A model generated the notes under the pieces. The model was given only the letters and a program-made list of their open reading frames with translations. It made no database searches and was not told the DNA's origin. From a virus (taxonomy: Duplodnaviria; Caudoviricetes): a DNA stretch of 64,000 nucleotides. Numbering within the stretch: the first letter of the stretch is position 1; every line of letters starts with the position of its first letter. Where the stretch lies: the IMG/VR virus record IMGVR_UViG_3300028591_000108, positions 1-64,000 of that record, one strand, 5' to 3'. Both the position numbers and the translations under genes were made by a program. Of the stretch, positions 37,069-47,046 are shown in pieces.

Positions 37069-37215
37069 ATGAAGTATCGTATTAGGAGCATCCAGTGGCC
37101 GTTAATGATTATTGAAGATGGTTTTTCTTCCGAACAGGCCGCCGCGAGTTGGGCCGAAGATAATATGTATCTTGGTGGCATTTGGTCCGGCGGTTGGATT
37201 ATTGAAAGTTATTAA
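37069..37215 (+). CDS. Cassette small protein (48 aa)
   Basis: AAGGAGG RBS, followed by a UUCG hairpin. Confidence 0.7.
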   Translation: MKYRIRSIQWPLMIIEDGFSSEQAAASWAEDNMYLGGIWSGGWIIESY

Positions 37216-37340
37216 TTATAACGGCCTTCGGGCCGTTATAATTTTATTCTCGTTTTTAGATGTAATACATCTAAAAAAATCTCTTGCAACTATCCCATTT
37301 CTATGCTATACTTGTACCATCAAAGAAGGAGGTAACACCA

Positions 37341-37649
37341 ATGATTAACATTCGGACAATTCGGAAACTGCAGGAAAATGACGGGCTGACTTTGAAGGCG
37401 GGGCGTATCATTACTCATAAGACCGGCTATCAGGTAGCAGATTATGGGTATGAGCTGAAAACAGCTGAAGAAGCTATTCGCTGTGTCCGTGAGCTGAAAG
37501 GTAATTGCGGCATTTGGTACAGCGAAGGAATTTACTATATTGATCATTCCTTCCGCATCAGCACAAAAAAAGAAGCGCTTCGTATTGGGCGCGAGCACAA
37601 TCAAATTTCAATCTTAAAATGGAAAGATATGTCTCTTGTCTACTGCTAA
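37341..37649 (+). CDS. Cassette hypothetical protein
   Basis: AAGGAGGT RBS, ALRIGREHNQISI motif. Confidence 0.75.
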   Translation: MINIRTIRKLQENDGLTLKAGRIITHKTGYQVADYGYELKTAEEAIRCVRELKGNCGIWYSEGIYYIDHSFRISTKKEALRIGREHNQISILKWKDMSLVYC

Positions 37650-37793
37650 AGTTGTGGCCCGAAATCGGGCCACAATTTCATTTTATTTCTTTTAGATGTA
37701 ATACATCTAATAATTGCTATTGCATTTTCCTTAAAGATATGCTATTATATACTTGTCCGAAGGGACAAGAAAAAAAGAAAAGAGGTAACTATC

Positions 37794-37946
37794 ATGGAGA
37801 CTATTTCTTATACACTCGAACGGCGCGATACCCTTAACTTTCACGGGTGGATTGTACTTGAATGTTGTGACAGCTGGGAAGATGAAATATTTTCTTCCAC
37901 TTCTCTTGAAGAGGCCCGGGCATTTCTTAATGATTTGATCGCGTAA
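37794..37946 (+). CDS. Cassette small acidic protein (50 aa)
   Basis: GAGGT RBS, TAA in a GTAA hairpin loop. Below the ORF-track size cutoff. Confidence 0.65.
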   Translation: METISYTLERRDTLNFHGWIVLECCDSWEDEIFSSTSLEEARAFLNDLIA

Positions 37947-38071
37947 GCGATCATTTCATTATCAGTTTTTAGATGTAATACATCTAATAATACCTCTTGC
38001 ATTATTCCCGAAAGTATGATAATATACAATTGTTCCAAGGGGAACGATAAAAGAAAGAGAGGTAAACAGAA

Positions 38072-38347
38072 ATGAAGGTTCGGAAAATCAATGGTCATGA
38101 GTTCGCACAGGTGAAGGTTTATGAGTACGACAATGGCGCCAAGACGCTTGTAAGCTACGCCACCGCCGTGATTGGGATCAATCCGGAAGGCTGGCTTGAG
38201 GTGAGCGGGCTGTACAGCCGCACCACCATTAAGCATATCGGCTGGTTCATGCGCGAGCTGGGCTTCTCATATCAGCTGGCCAAACAGCTGTACATGGATA
38301 ACAAGCGGTTTAATATCTATACCGGTGAAATTGAGGATCGGGGCTAA
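38072..38347 (+). CDS. Cassette hypothetical protein
   Basis: SYATAV...YSRTTIKH motif seen in phage early proteins. Confidence 0.75.
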   Translation: MKVRKINGHEFAQVKVYEYDNGAKTLVSYATAVIGINPEGWLEVSGLYSRTTIKHIGWFMRELGFSYQLAKQLYMDNKRFNIYTGEIEDRG

Positions 38348-38466
38348 GCCCCGATTTTCTTTTATTCAAATAAATTAGATGTATTACATCTAACTTTATT
38401 ATTTGACTTCAAAACAAACTTGTGCTATTATATAACCATCCCAAGAGGATGAAAGGAGTAATAAAG

Positions 38467-38688
38467 ATGGAAGATTATTACAAGGTAGAATGGGAAACCT
38501 ATAATCCGTTTCTTGATGACGGCATCAGCATCGGCGCAGATATCCATAGCGAAATTATTATCTATGGTTTAGAACGAGCAAAAAGACTTTTTATCGAAAA
38601 GATAAAAGATGATTCTTGTCACGCTTGCTTTGTGACTCTTATCAATGATACCGAAGAAAACGGGCCGATTCTGTGCTATTGCCCGTAA
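38467..38688 (+). CDS. Cassette hypothetical protein
   Basis: AAAGGAG RBS, stop in a hairpin loop. Confidence 0.7.
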   Translation: MEDYYKVEWETYNPFLDDGISIGADIHSEIIIYGLERAKRLFIEKIKDDSCHACFVTLINDTEENGPILCYCP

Positions 38689-38802
38689 GGGCAATTTTCT
38701 ATTTTAGATGTAATACATCTAAAACTATCTCTTGACTTCTATAAGAAAAATGATATAATGATATTGTCCTCAGAGAGAGGAACAAGAAAGGAAATTGAAA
38801 TC

Positions 38803-39042
38803 ATGTATCTGTTCTATGCTGATCGTCTCGGGTGGATTCCTATGGGAAATGATGGACAGCTTGTCGTGCCGAAGTCTATTCGTTCTCGCCGTGCCCTTCT
38901 CAAGCTGGCGGAAAGCTGGCTGGGCAATAGAGCTGGACGAGTATACCTTATGACCAGCTGGACTCAGGCTATGAGTGAACTTGGCCCGCGTGCTTTTGAA
39001 GAGTACATTATGCGCAATGCCGAAGTCCTTATCAGCAGATAA
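38803..39042 (+). CDS. Cassette hypothetical protein
   Basis: AAAGG RBS, stop in a hairpin. Confidence 0.7.
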   Translation: MYLFYADRLGWIPMGNDGQLVVPKSIRSRRALLKLAESWLGNRAGRVYLMTSWTQAMSELGPRAFEEYIMRNAEVLISR

Positions 39043-39159
39043 GGACTTCCCCTTTATGGGAACTTAGATGTAATACATCTAATAATGGGTATTGACAATC
39101 ATATACAAGTCTGTTATACTATAATCACTCCAAAGGGAGAAGAAAGGAAGGTAACTAAC

Positions 39160-39396
39160 ATGAAGTTCATGAGAATCGTTGTGACCACCTATACCGAAGA
39201 TCCTGCGTATACCAGCGCCGTTTTGTTCTATGATGATGACAAAGCTGACGTTCATCTGCACCTGCATCTGTCCTACGAAGAAGGGATGCGCGAGCTGCAT
39301 AAGCTCGAACAGAAGCTCGGCAAGCAGGCGGAGCGCACCATTAACCGCTTCAACAGCTCAATCATTGATGATGAAGTGTATGGTATCATCGAGTAG
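39160..39396 (+). CDS. Cassette hypothetical protein ending in TAG
   Basis: The TAG lies in the 5' arm of the terminator GAGTAGGC-GAAA-GCCTACTC. Confidence 0.7.
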   Translation: MKFMRIVVTTYTEDPAYTSAVLFYDDDKADVHLHLHLSYEEGMRELHKLEQKLGKQAERTINRFNSSIIDDEVYGIIE

Positions 39397-39523
39397 GCGA
39401 AAGCCTACTCTACTATTATTAGATGTAATACATCTAAAACAAACTGTTGACTTCTTCTCTTCTTTATGCTATCATATAATTGTTCCAAGGGGAACGAAAT
39501 AAATATGAAAGAGGGACACGAAC

Positions 39524-39763
39524 ATGACAATGACAATCGAAAAGAAACTGAGAGACTTTCACTTCTGGAGCGGAGCCGCCGCCAATGCCGCCAAGCTGAC
39601 TCCGGAAGAGCTCGATCAAGCTGAAGAATATATGGAAACTCTTCCCTTCAGCGACGAAGAGCACTGGAGCACTACCGAAGTCAATGATATTTTCTGGTTT
39701 GACTTTGAAAGCGTATGCGAATGGCTGGGCCTGGACTATGAGGAAGTAATGGCGAGGGAGTAA
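39524..39763 (+). CDS. Cassette acidic protein
   Basis: FHFWSGA...EVNDIFWFD...EWLG, rich in D/E. Confidence 0.75.
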   Translation: MTMTIEKKLRDFHFWSGAAANAAKLTPEELDQAEEYMETLPFSDEEHWSTTEVNDIFWFDFESVCEWLGLDYEEVMARE

Positions 39764-39883
39764 TCCCTCGCTTATTTTCATTTTGTACATTTAGATGTAA
39801 TACATCTAAGTTTATGGTTTGACATTCTCCTTAAACTATGTTATTATATACTTGTCCAAAGGGGACAGAAAGGCGGTAAGCAT

Positions 39884-40105
39884 ATGATTAAGATTACTAA
39901 GGGCATGGCACGGAAACTGTACAACCACGGCGAAGAAGTTATGATTATCCCTAACCGCATCCGACCCAATTCTGCGCTTGCAAGCTGGACTCGCAAGCCC
40001 GAGCAGGAAGAAGGAGACTTTGATAAGCTGTGCAATGCTATCTTCTATTATAACTGCTCGCCCGAAACCGGTATGAACCTTACCTATTATGCGAAGGAAG
40101 TTTAA
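39884..40105 (+). CDS. Cassette hypothetical protein
   Basis: AAGGCGG RBS, YYNCSPETG motif. Confidence 0.75.
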   Translation: MIKITKGMARKLYNHGEEVMIIPNRIRPNSALASWTRKPEQEEGDFDKLCNAIFYYNCSPETGMNLTYYAKEV

Positions 40106-40244
40106 AGTAAATAATAATGAAGTTACGCCTGATGAATAGGCGTAATTTCGTTTCCCATATTAGATGTAATACATCTAATAACATCCGTTGACTTCTCTCC
40201 CGTAATATGATATACTTACATCATCAAAAAGGAGGTGCGAAGCA

Positions 40245-40568
40245 ATGGAAATGACTTATCATGTGGCGGTTCAGAGGGCAGATAGAGTAAAGCATATCAC
40301 GGAAGAAATTGGTCTGGGGCAAATTATCAAAGAAAAATATACTCACTTCAATCTTGGCCAAGCTGGGCGCTGGGTTTGCATTACTGATACTGGTATTACC
40401 ATTATAAAGGATGAACCCAAAGAAAAAATTATTACTATGTATGTAACCACGCAGAGAGAGCTGGTGCTTGTATACGGCGGAGCAAAAAACGTGCCGGCTT
40501 TCCTGCGGAAAAAAGTGGATAAAAATCAGTCTAAGTATACGCAAGCTGGGAAAACCATTTGGCGCTAA
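40245..40568 (+). CDS. Cassette hypothetical protein
   Basis: AAGGAGGT RBS. Confidence 0.75.
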   Translation: MEMTYHVAVQRADRVKHITEEIGLGQIIKEKYTHFNLGQAGRWVCITDTGITIIKDEPKEKIITMYVTTQRELVLVYGGAKNVPAFLRKKVDKNQSKYTQAGKTIWR

Positions 40569-40669
40569 GCGCCAATTTGGTTTTCGGATTTAGATGTAAT
40601 ACATCTAAAATCCCATATTGACTTTTCTCCCATAATGAGTATAATTAACAGTGTCAGGAGGGATGAGAA

Positions 40670-40825
40670 ATGGAACGAGCAAGGTACAAGAAACTCGATG
40701 AACTCGCCGCTTGGGACTTGAACAAAGGTTGCCGCAAGTGGATTGACCAAAGCACACCCGCCAGACGGAGATTGAAAAAACGCTTGCGGAAGCAAGCACG
40801 GGCAAGACTGAAAGGAGAATGGTAA
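40670..40825 (+). CDS. Small basic protein (51 aa)
   Basis: GGAGG RBS. TAATG coupling to the next ORF. Confidence 0.6.
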   Translation: MERARYKKLDELAAWDLNKGCRKWIDQSTPARRRLKKRLRKQARARLKGEW

Positions 40826-41055
40826 TGAGAAATGCAAAAGAAGGAACTTATAACGGAGAGCCTACATTCTGCACGGTAAATGCTTATGGTGATTGTCCTT
40901 ACTGCGATCAGTGCGGCATCTGTCATATTGATGACCCGATGGAAGATTGCGAAGACTTCGCAATGTTCTTCCAAGGAGATTGGAATTTCTGGCTGAATTT
41001 GAAGGATGTTCCCGATGAAGGAGAAGACGCCGATGAATTTTGGTGGGATTATTAA
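40825..41055 (+). CDS. Cys-rich acidic small protein
   Basis: CPYCDQCGICH motif. Confidence 0.7.
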   Translation: MRNAKEGTYNGEPTFCTVNAYGDCPYCDQCGICHIDDPMEDCEDFAMFFQGDWNFWLNLKDVPDEGEDADEFWWDY

Positions 41056-41065
41056 GGAGAATAAA

Positions 41066-41335
41066 ATGGCGACTAAAATTTATATTATTACTCTTGAAGG
41101 CGAACCACAAGTTGCCTATACTGATTTCAATAAGGTTAAAGACGAAATTTTCAAATGGTTAGATGAACTCCGTAATGGTTGGTACGTTCGTAAAGAATTT
41201 AACTATTGGGTTGAAGGAAGAGATTATCCCAACACCGAAGAGGGCGAAGAGCAGGCATGGGAAGATTATAAAAATGAAGTAGTAGAGAACGGCACATGGG
41301 GCGACTATGCATGGTATGAGTGCTTCCTTAAATAA
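41066..41335 (+). CDS. Cassette hypothetical protein
   Basis: AAGGAG RBS. Confidence 0.7.
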   Translation: MATKIYIITLEGEPQVAYTDFNKVKDEIFKWLDELRNGWYVRKEFNYWVEGRDYPNTEEGEEQAWEDYKNEVVENGTWGDYAWYECFLK

Positions 41336-41429
41336 GGAAGCCTTTCATACTTAGATGTAATACATCTAATTTTATCATTTGACTTTTCTCTAATTTTATT
41401 ATATAATGCCAATGTAAGGAGGGGATAAA

Positions 41430-41606
41430 ATGAGTAAGAAGAAAAACCCGAAACAGAAAACATGGGTTGAAGTATTTCAGTCTGAGCGCAAGGAATTTCC
41501 GCAGGGCTATTGTGTTACTCGCATTATCCCCGACAAGCGCAACAAGAAGCCGAAACATAAGGGAAGGGAATTTGCAGATCATTTAATTGATGTGTGCGGA
41601 GTATAA
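41430..41606 (+). CDS. Small basic protein (58 aa)
   Basis: AAGGAGG RBS, MSKKKNPKQK...TRIIPDKRNKKPKHK. Confidence 0.65.
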   Translation: MSKKKNPKQKTWVEVFQSERKEFPQGYCVTRIIPDKRNKKPKHKGREFADHLIDVCGV

Positions 41607-41620
41607 GGAGGAGAGAAATA

Positions 41621-42110
41621 ATGTGTATTTATTGGTCAATGCTTTATGGCTGTATGCATCCAAAAGGAAAAGAAGAAGAGCCAACCGCTGATTGGACTTG
41701 TGAGGATACTTGCCCTTATTATCAAGATGAAGATGAAGAAGAGCATCCTATTTAAGAGAAGGGGTTTGAAAAATGAATGAAGTAGTATATCATGTGCGTG
41801 ATGGTGAACTGTACATTTGTTTTGATAACATTTCGCAGGCTTTTCGATATGCACGTGCCTGTGGAAGTAAAGAAGTATTCAAGGAAGTCCCAGACCAAGT
41901 TGACTGGTATTATTGGGACTGGGACACTAAAAGGTGGGTGTATCCGTAATGAAGTATAAATGGGTAATTATGCAGGAACTTGAAGACACCAATTGCGCGA
42001 ATCCTTATTTGATTGTTGATTCAGAGGAGCGCGCCGAGGAACTTTGCTATAAGTTGGAATCCGAAAACCCAGGCTTTATCTTTTGGTCCTATCTTTGCGA
42101 GGAGGAGTAA
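41621..42110 (+). CDS. Three tiny ORFs in one cassette (41621..41755, 41773..41949, 41949..42110)
   Basis: Each has an RBS or TAATG coupling. The last stop lies in a hairpin. Confidence 0.55.
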
Positions 42111-42210
42111 TTCCTCCTTTAGTTATTAGATGTAATACATCTAAAACCAAGACTTGCTTTTTCTTCCCGAATATGTTATTATACTCTTGCCGGAAGGGTA
42201 GAAAGGAGAA

Positions 42211-42441
42211 ATGAGAATGACGAATACCATCATGGTACTGTACGGCAAGAATGAAGATGGAGATGAACTGTTCGATAATCTGGATGAAGTAGAAGCATAT
42301 CATCTGTTCAATGAGCTGGTGAGTAATGCGAATACTTGTAACTATGCCGCTATCCGTTGGTATAGTGACGAGGGCACATACAAAATGTATGTAGATTTTG
42401 ACTCTAATCGCAATATCCGGGAAGAGATTAAGAACTGGTAA
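42211..42441 (+). CDS. Cassette hypothetical protein
   Basis: AAAGGAG RBS. Confidence 0.7.
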   Translation: MRMTNTIMVLYGKNEDGDELFDNLDEVEAYHLFNELVSNANTCNYAAIRWYSDEGTYKMYVDFDSNRNIREEIKNW

Positions 42442-42455
42442 GGGAGGAAGAAAAA

Positions 42456-42656
42456 ATGGAAAATAAGACTTACAATAAAAACGGTATTGGCTTCTGCGGT
42501 CTGCTCACTATCGCCTTCATTGTCCTGAAACTGTGTGGTGTTATTAACTGGAGTTGGGTCTGGGTACTCGCCCCTCTGTGGATTGCTTGGGGACTTATCT
42601 TTATTATTCTTGGAATTGTATGTCTCGTTACCTTCATCCGTGACAGGTACTTCTAA
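42456..42656 (+). CDS. Small phage membrane protein
   Basis: GIGFCGLLTIAFIVLKLCGVINWSWVWVLAPLW, a motif common in phage TM proteins. Confidence 0.8.
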   Translation: MENKTYNKNGIGFCGLLTIAFIVLKLCGVINWSWVWVLAPLWIAWGLIFIILGIVCLVTFIRDRYF

Positions 42657-42774
42657 TGCGGGAAACCGCATTTCATTTTCTATATTAGATGTAATACATC
42701 TAAAACAATCGTTTGACATTTTCCTTAATCTATGCTAATATATACTTGTTCCGAGGGGAACAGAAAGAGAGGAA

Positions 42775-43224
42775 ATGAGAATGAAGATTTATTTCGACAT
42801 GGACGGGACAATTGCTGATCTGTATGCCGTGGAAAATTGGCTCCCGAAACTGAGGGCTTCTGACGCTTCTCCTTATGAAGAAGCTGAGGTGATGCTCAAT
42901 ATGAGCTTGCTTGCTCGATACCTGAATAAGCTCCAGAAGCTCGGCTATGAAATCGGAATCATTAGCTGGACTTCCAAGGGCGGTACTGAGCAGTATAATC
43001 GAGCGGTTGAAGCCGCTAAGCTGAGCTGGCTTCGTGCCCACCTGCGTAGCGTTTCCTTCGATGAAATTTATATTGTAGAGTATGGTACTCCGAAGCAGGA
43101 TTTCGCCGATGAAGATGACATTCTGTTTGATGATAATGAAGAAATCAGAAATGACTGGACAGGCGAAGCATATGACCCTTCCGAAATCCTTTCTATTCTC
43201 TCTGGGTTACTCCATCAGGAGTAA
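42775..43224 (+). CDS. HAD-superfamily 5'(3')-nucleotidase-like phosphatase
   Basis: IYFDMDGTIAD (motif I), K and ILFDD (motifs III/IV). Confidence 0.8.
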   Translation: MRMKIYFDMDGTIADLYAVENWLPKLRASDASPYEEAEVMLNMSLLARYLNKLQKLGYEIGIISWTSKGGTEQYNRAVEAAKLSWLRAHLRSVSFDEIYIVEYGTPKQDFADEDDILFDDNEEIRNDWTGEAYDPSEILSILSGLLHQE

Positions 43225-43511
43225 CCCAATTTCATTTCTGGGAATTAGATGTAATACATCTAAATCAAATACTTGCATTTTCCCAAATTTGTGATATACT
43301 GTAATTGTTCCAAGGGGAGAGGAAAATGAAGTGCCATGCACAGACACGCATTTATGCGATAGGACAGGCGCAATACGAAAACCTCACTTGCAAGTCCCTA
43401 AAGAACAAAAAGAAATTTCAAAAAAACACTTGACAAGCTCGAAAACCTATGGTATAATAACTACGAAAACAGGGGAAGGAAAACCCCCACAAACCAGAAA
43501 GGGAACTGATT

Positions 43512-43832
43512 ATGAAGAAGACCACCATGAACACCATCCTGTCTCTGATTGCCACCATCGACACTCCCGAAGCCGAAGCTGTTCGGACTGAGCTGACCGC
43601 TGAACTGAACCGCGGAAAGGCCAAAGCTGAAGCCAATCGGACTATCTATGGCGAGATTCACGATGCCGTGATCAAAGTTCTGAAGTCCGCTATTGCTCCC
43701 GTGACTGCCCAGGAGCTGGCTGACGAGACGGGGTATGCCAAGGGCAAGGTCGTCTACGGTCTGACCAATTACTGGACTGATGAAGTCGAGAAGATCGAAG
43801 GCAAGACTAACACTTACGTTCTCAAGGCGTAA
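43512..43832 (+). CDS. Coiled-coil + winged-HTH protein (paralogue 1)
   Basis: PVTAQELADETGYAKGKVVYGL...EGKTNTY. Confidence 0.75.
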   Translation: MKKTTMNTILSLIATIDTPEAEAVRTELTAELNRGKAKAEANRTIYGEIHDAVIKVLKSAIAPVTAQELADETGYAKGKVVYGLTNYWTDEVEKIEGKTNTYVLKA

Positions 43833-43901
43833 TTCCTTTCCTCTCGGGCGCTTCGGCGCCCTTTTATTTTAGAGTAGTTTTAGATGTATTACATCTAAAA
43901 T

Positions 43902-43916
43902 TGTATACAGTATACA
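43902..43916. promoter_or_regulatory. Second palindromic operator TGTATACAGTATACA (copy 1)
   Basis: 3 bp upstream of TTGACA at 43920. An identical copy is at 54592. Confidence 0.7.
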
Positions 43917-44001
43917 TTGTTGACAAAAAATAAAATTTATGATATAATTTCCTTGGAAATCAGGAGAAGGATACTCCTAAAACCGGAAGGAGAGATTTGA
44001 A

Positions 44002-44406
44002 ATGACGAAAGCACAGCTTGAAACCGCAATCCGTAATGACTTCCTGACCGCTATTTCTACTTTTATTTCCGAAAGCCGAGACACCGATGTACTTTCTGTT
44101 AGCACAAGCGAACTCGCTGTTCCTTGCCTTGATGCTATGGGCAACGAAAAATGGGTACTGATTAAGGTTTCTATTCCTCGTGGTACTCGCAACGGTGAAG
44201 GTGGTTATGACCCCTATGATGGTTATTCCGCCGCCGAAGATTACCAGATCGAACAGGCGGACAAGGCCGAAAAGAAAGCCAAAGCCGAAGAAAAGAAACA
44301 GGCGAAAATTGCAAAAGACCAGAAAGCAAGGGAAGAGAAGAAAGCCCTCGCCGAAGCGAATAAGGGCTTGAAGGAACTCCGCAAGATTAAAACTGAAGGG
44401 GAATAA
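44002..44406 (+). CDS. Hypothetical protein with K/A/E-rich C-terminal helix
   Basis: Intact ORF, stop in a hairpin loop. Similar to the protein at 44537. Confidence 0.8.
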   Translation: MTKAQLETAIRNDFLTAISTFISESRDTDVLSVSTSELAVPCLDAMGNEKWVLIKVSIPRGTRNGEGGYDPYDGYSAAEDYQIEQADKAEKKAKAEEKKQAKIAKDQKAREEKKALAEANKGLKELRKIKTEGE

Positions 44407-44536
44407 TCCCCTTCTTTTTCTGAAAGGTTATTAGATGTAATACATCTAATTCTTCTTATTGACACTTTTTAAATTTCATGCTATACTATGCGTGAAAGGT
44501 GAAGGAAAACACCAGAAAACCAGAAAGGAATTTGAA

Positions 44537-44881
44537 ATGGCTAAGATTTCTAAGACCGTGGTTGATAAGGCTCTGCGTGATACTGTGTTCTCTGACCTCT
44601 TTACTGATGGATTAAAGGAAGATGGTTATACCAAAATCAATGATCGTCAGTGGGGCGTTCTCATTCAGGATTTGAATGGCGTCCAGCGGTATGTGCGTAT
44701 CGGCGCTATCGTTGCCGAAGAGCGTGAGGATATGACCGCCGAAGAGCTTATGCAGAACGAAATTGCCGCTTACGAAGCGAAGCAGGCAGACAAGGAAGCC
44801 AAGGCGCAGGCTCGCGCCGAAAAGGCGAAGAAGGATAAGGAGCGCAGAGCAAAGGAAAAGGAGGCAAAAGAAAATGCGTGA
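44537..44881 (+). CDS. Paralogue of the 44002 protein
   Basis: DLNGVQRYVRI vs DAMGNEKWVLI, shared QADK..KA tail. Confidence 0.75.
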   Translation: MAKISKTVVDKALRDTVFSDLFTDGLKEDGYTKINDRQWGVLIQDLNGVQRYVRIGAIVAEEREDMTAEELMQNEIAAYEAKQADKEAKAQARAEKAKKDKERRAKEKEAKENA

Positions 44882-45107
44882 TTTATGGGCAGACTTCAAC
44901 CCTGCCCAACAGCAAATTTTTCAGCAGAATCTAAACAAGATTATACAATCGTGGAAAGATAATAGAGATTGCTTTGTCTGTAAATTTTGCCGTGACATTT
45001 CCGATAAGTGGAATACTTGCCACCTCTGTCAGCAGACCAATGACCTTATACCAGAAGAACATACTTGTTTACTGTGGGATTTGAAGGAGGAAGAAGAAAA
45101 TGTTTGA
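44874..45107 (+). CDS. Cys-rich small protein
   Basis: CFVCKFC...CHLC...C. Confidence 0.6.
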   Translation: MRDLWADFNPAQQQIFQQNLNKIIQSWKDNRDCFVCKFCRDISDKWNTCHLCQQTNDLIPEEHTCLLWDLKEEEENV

Positions 45108-45276
45108 TGAAGAAAAGTGCCCCTTTTGCGGTTGTGAAGACTACAAGGTTGACGACTACTGGGATAACTTCGATGAAGAGAGCGGTGAGCGAGTATGGGC
45201 GTGTACCTGTTCCAATTGCCACAGACAATATGAGATTACCTATACATACGAATGTACGAGAATTACAGTAAGTTAG
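45100..45276 (+). CDS. Zn-ribbon small protein ending in TAG
   Basis: AAGGAGG RBS, CPFC...CSNC. The TAG is in the arm of terminator AAGTTAGC-GCGA-GCTAACTT. Confidence 0.7.
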   Translation: MFDEEKCPFCGCEDYKVDDYWDNFDEESGERVWACTCSNCHRQYEITYTYECTRITVS

Positions 45277-45437
45277 CGCGAGCTAACTTCATTTTTTTAT
45301 GCTTAGATGTAATACATCTAAAATCTACTCTTGCATTTTCCCATATTTCTGTTATAATATACTTGTTCCTGATGAGGGGCACAAAGTGAGGAGAAGGAAA
45401 ACTCCCGTAATGAAACCCACGGCAGAAAGGACTCTAT

Positions 45438-46427
45438 ATGGCTCGTAAGGAAATGCGGTATCTGGTTCTCGATTGCGAAACTGCGACTCTTCCCTTTGCG
45501 TCTGAACTTGCAAATGGTGATGCAGAAAAGAAGAAGAAAATTGCTATTGCCCGCCCTCTGATTTATGATATCGGATGGACCATTACCAATCGCAAGGGCG
45601 AAATTCTGGATAGCAAGCAGTTTCTGATTGCAGAAACTTTCTCTGTTCCGTCTGTATTCAATACCGCATATTACGCCGAAAAGCGGCCGATCTATCTGGA
45701 AATGCTTCAGCGCAAAGAAACCAGTATTAAGACATGGTATGAAGTTGCCAGTCTGTTGGAACAGGATATGCAAAAAGTTAATGCTGTCGGCGCTTACAAT
45801 TCCATGTTTGATTTCAAAAAGGCTATCCCTTTCACGGAGCTTTATATAAATAAACTGTACAGTCCCGAATATCAGGCTTGGGAGCGTACTCAGCGCAATC
45901 TGTGCTATAAGATTATGAATGAACGATATCAGAAGAATGAAGACAAGGAATTTGATAGCGAAACGTTCAAATTCCGTGGTAATGAATACCCTCTGTTCGA
46001 TCTCTGGGGACTTGCTACTAAACATCTTCTGAACAATGTTTCTTATAAGAAGCAGTGTCTGACTAATGAGATGCTCACGGCAAGCGGAACTTTCTTTAAG
46101 ACGAGCGCAGAAGCAACTTTCCGGTATCTGATGGATAAGTATGACTTCAACGAAGCGCATACCGCTCTCGATGATGCTACTATTGAAACTTATATTCTGA
46201 GCCAGATTGCAAAGAAAAGCGCAATTACTCTTGGGATTATCTTCTTCCCTTTCAGGGAACTTGGAACAACGGATGAATTTGTTCTGAGACTGAAAAAGCC
46301 GAAGCAGGAAGAAATTAAAATCGTGATTGATGCTATGGCGCATTATCTGACTACTAAAGAACCGTCCGCATATACTGCTCATATTCAGAATATCGTTTCT
46401 TGCCTGACAGAGTACCTCCCCATGTGA
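45438..46427 (+). CDS. DEDDh 3'-5' exonuclease (DnaQ-like)
   Basis: LVLDCET, AYNSMFD and AHTALDDA motifs. Confidence 0.85.
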   Translation: MARKEMRYLVLDCETATLPFASELANGDAEKKKKIAIARPLIYDIGWTITNRKGEILDSKQFLIAETFSVPSVFNTAYYAEKRPIYLEMLQRKETSIKTWYEVASLLEQDMQKVNAVGAYNSMFDFKKAIPFTELYINKLYSPEYQAWERTQRNLCYKIMNERYQKNEDKEFDSETFKFRGNEYPLFDLWGLATKHLLNNVSYKKQCLTNEMLTASGTFFKTSAEATFRYLMDKYDFNEAHTALDDATIETYILSQIAKKSAITLGIIFFPFRELGTTDEFVLRLKKPKQEEIKIVIDAMAHYLTTKEPSAYTAHIQNIVSCLTEYLPM

Positions 46428-46536
46428 GGTACTCCTTTTTTCTCCCGAAATATTAGATGTATTACATCTAACTATATCTCTTGACTATTTTTCCTTCCTA
46501 TAGTATACTTGTATCATCAAAGAGGAGGTAGGAGCG

Positions 46537-47046
46537 ATGAAAGATTACGAAATTCAGGCCAGAACGTTGCTTCAGAAACTTTATCCTTACATTGAGCATC
46601 TGACTGATGTTTGGAGCATTGACAATGCTATTACGGAGTTTAATTATAAGAATGAAACTCAAATTGAATTGAAATATGGTTCTACCCGTATCGCGCTCAT
46701 TTGCAATGATTTCGTCATTAAATTTAACTATAACGGTTGGGGTTCCGGCCGTTTTGGAAATGGTGCCAGTGAAGTGCGTATGTACCGTAAAGCAGTCAAA
46801 GACGGTTTCGGATATTTGTTTGCTCCCATTGTTCCTGTCCGCAAAGGATATAATCGTACTTTCTATATTATGCCTAAAATTCATGATATTGGCAAGTGCG
46901 ATGAAAATGCCGAAGAGTTCTTGAATGGCGAAGAGTACGATTATATTGACAGTAATATTGGAGATACTCACTATGAAAATTATGGTTGGGAAGATGGCCA
47001 TATTGTATTAATTGATTATGCGTATAATATCACACTCTGGCAGTAA
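46537..47046 (+). CDS. Protein kinase-like fold protein
   Basis: GSTR...VIK...E...DTHYENYG...LIDY matches the P-loop, catalytic Lys, alphaC Glu, catalytic loop and DFG equivalents. Confidence 0.7.
   Translation: MKDYEIQARTLLQKLYPYIEHLTDVWSIDNAITEFNYKNETQIELKYGSTRIALICNDFVIKFNYNGWGSGRFGNGASEVRMYRKAVKDGFGYLFAPIVPVRKGYNRTFYIMPKIHDIGKCDENAEEFLNGEEYDYIDSNIGDTHYENYGWEDGHIVLIDYAYNITLWQ

Noticed and set aside
45369-45420. CTGATGAG...GAAAC as a hammerhead ribozyme core
   Set aside because: No stem II closing G-C pair before GAAA and no convincing stems I/III
45318-46382. 354-aa minus-strand ORF, and similar antisense ORFs at 33459, 46498, 48264 and 49024
   Set aside because: Each is fully antisense to a well-supported plus-strand gene
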